Source of the DNA: Amphiscolops sp. MND2022
Taxonomy: Eukaryota
Assembly: GCA_964187785.1 (NCBI GenBank)
Contig: OZ076409.1
Span: 35,280,001-35,344,000 of the forward strand
Reading direction: 5' to 3'
Length of the DNA stretch: 64,000 nt
Position numbers and translations under genes: made by a program. Positions 62,635 to 64,000 of the stretch are shown in pieces. The notes beneath the pieces are model-generated. The model did not search any database. It was given only the letters and a program-made list of their open reading frames with translations, and was not told where the DNA came from. Within the stretch, counting starts at the first letter, position 1. Each line of letters opens with the position of its first letter.

Positions 62635-64000
62635 TGAGACCTCATTTTTTGGCGACCACAGAGGGATCGCTTCCGATTACTGCCCTATTATATGGTTTTG
62701 AAATTTCCGACCCCCTGGTATGGGACGCCAAGAACGATTGGACTCTGGAAGGAGACGTTTACCCTGAATTTTTCCAAATTTTTTAGATGTTATGACGTTG
62801 TATTTTGGTGTTTTTCCAGTCTTTCAGGGGATTTTTCCGAGTACTTTTGGTATGTTTTGATAACAGATACTTGTTGACAGATATCGTCTAAAATTGCAAG
62901 GTTCCCATCAGCGGGTATCTTTTTTGCAGGTGAAGAGGACCGTAGCACGTGGCTACGGGTGTTTAACAGGTTTTTTGAGCTATTTTTAGCCATTTTATGC
63001 CATGCAAGAAGGTGACTGGTGGATGGTCAGCCACGAGCCAGCGAGGCGGCAGAGGGGTCAAATCGTGTGTTGCCTACTTCCTACTCCCATTTCTCGTGGA
63101 TACGTACTAGAGGTATGGTTTTTAGTGGACAGCAAGTACAAGAGCAGACGATGCTAATGGTCTAAACCGCGTGTCTCTATCTGGTCCAGATGTGGAGAAA
63201 AAGCGTGGTGAACATGTACCCCCTGTGACCAGAAGTGTAGCTCAAATGGCCCATGGTTGGCCAAAAAGTTTGAAAAGACACCTTTTTCGACAGGGAATTG
63301 TTTGTTCAGCCTTGTTTTCCTTTGTTGCAGCTCAGTGTGTGCTTTTGCACCTGTTTTCAGTGAAAAAAGTGCGATTTTTAGTGCAAAAGTCGCAAAAACG
63401 TCGTTTTTGGCATTTTTGAGTACTTTTCTTGGTACGAGCGCGAGCGCTCGAAGTATTAGCCACAGCAGTTGCAAAAATGAATAGAAAGCAGCCCAAAACC
63501 TTGAGGGTTTTGCTACATATTGTAACGACAACCGGAAAGACCGTTGGAGACCTTTTTGAGACACATTTTGCATGAAAAAACCCGGTTTTTGGCGAAATTG
63601 GCAAAAAACCACTATGAAATGCCACTGGGAGAGTGCTGGATTGTGATGTAAATGCCTCTTCCGTGCTGCTATTAGTTTGGAGCACACTCCACACTACCGA
63701 AAAGAGGATTTAAGAGAGTTTGTAACTTCTTGGTGAGAACAGGTCGAAAAACCTTGATTTTTGGCGAGTTTCAGGAGTGCCAGAGTACATCATTAAAACC
63801 TCTGGGGCACTCAGTGTTTTCGAGACCTGGGAGCCCTCGCGCTCTCATTTTCTGTTTTTGTAGTGAAAATAACGCGTGGTGGTGAAAACCGCGTGTAAAA
63901 ATTCCCATTCAGTGCTGAGAAAAGTGGAAAAACGCACTGAATTTGATCAATTTTCCACAAAACCGGACTGTCTCTGAGCTAGGGTCGGTTCATCGATTCC
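62635..64000 (+). mobile_element. Internal region of a probably non-autonomous LTR element, runs off the right edge
   Basis: Follows LTR + PBS; no convincing gag-pol ORF, only a faint DANGLNR remnant (~63150). Confidence 0.45.

Noticed and set aside
63154..63694. Overlapping 75-177 aa ORFs on both strands
   Set aside because: No motifs; compatible with chance frames in the non-coding interior of an LTR element.

Overview
AT-rich eukaryotic (probably invertebrate animal) genomic DNA that is mostly a nest of mobile elements, with one spliced host gene (an ABCG half-transporter, about 54.2-57.8 kb). 1-7.2 kb: decayed APE-RT LINE, a Mutator-like TIR element with an open FLYWCH+RING ORF, an RT-deleted CRE-like element, a CR1 3' end and a small element with subterminal repeats. 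7.2-33.2 kb: two related endogenous Polinton/Maverick (adintovirus-type) elements in the same orientation. Together they show protein-primed PolB, rve integrase, A32-type packaging ATPase, major and minor capsid proteins and an adenain-like protease, all pseudogenised. In the first element a 1.22 kb INT-5'/ATPase block (A) sits inside pPolB and the region forms an A-B-A-B-A-B'-A array with periods 5417, 5418 and 4600 bp. The adjacent terminal repeats of the two elements make a roughly 1.9 kb imperfect palindrome. Both elements carry many GC-rich 18 bp and 21 bp mini-hairpin modules, several of them in frame inside genes. 34.8-50.3 kb: an old plus-strand Gypsy element with a nested minus-strand Gypsy (5 bp TSD CATAC) and about 4 kb of antisense orphan ORFs between pol and the putative 3' LTR. 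The rest holds a 1.05 kb tandem duplication, the ABCG gene and further LTR remnants. All family calls come from motif recognition by eye; no database searches were run, and identities are estimates.
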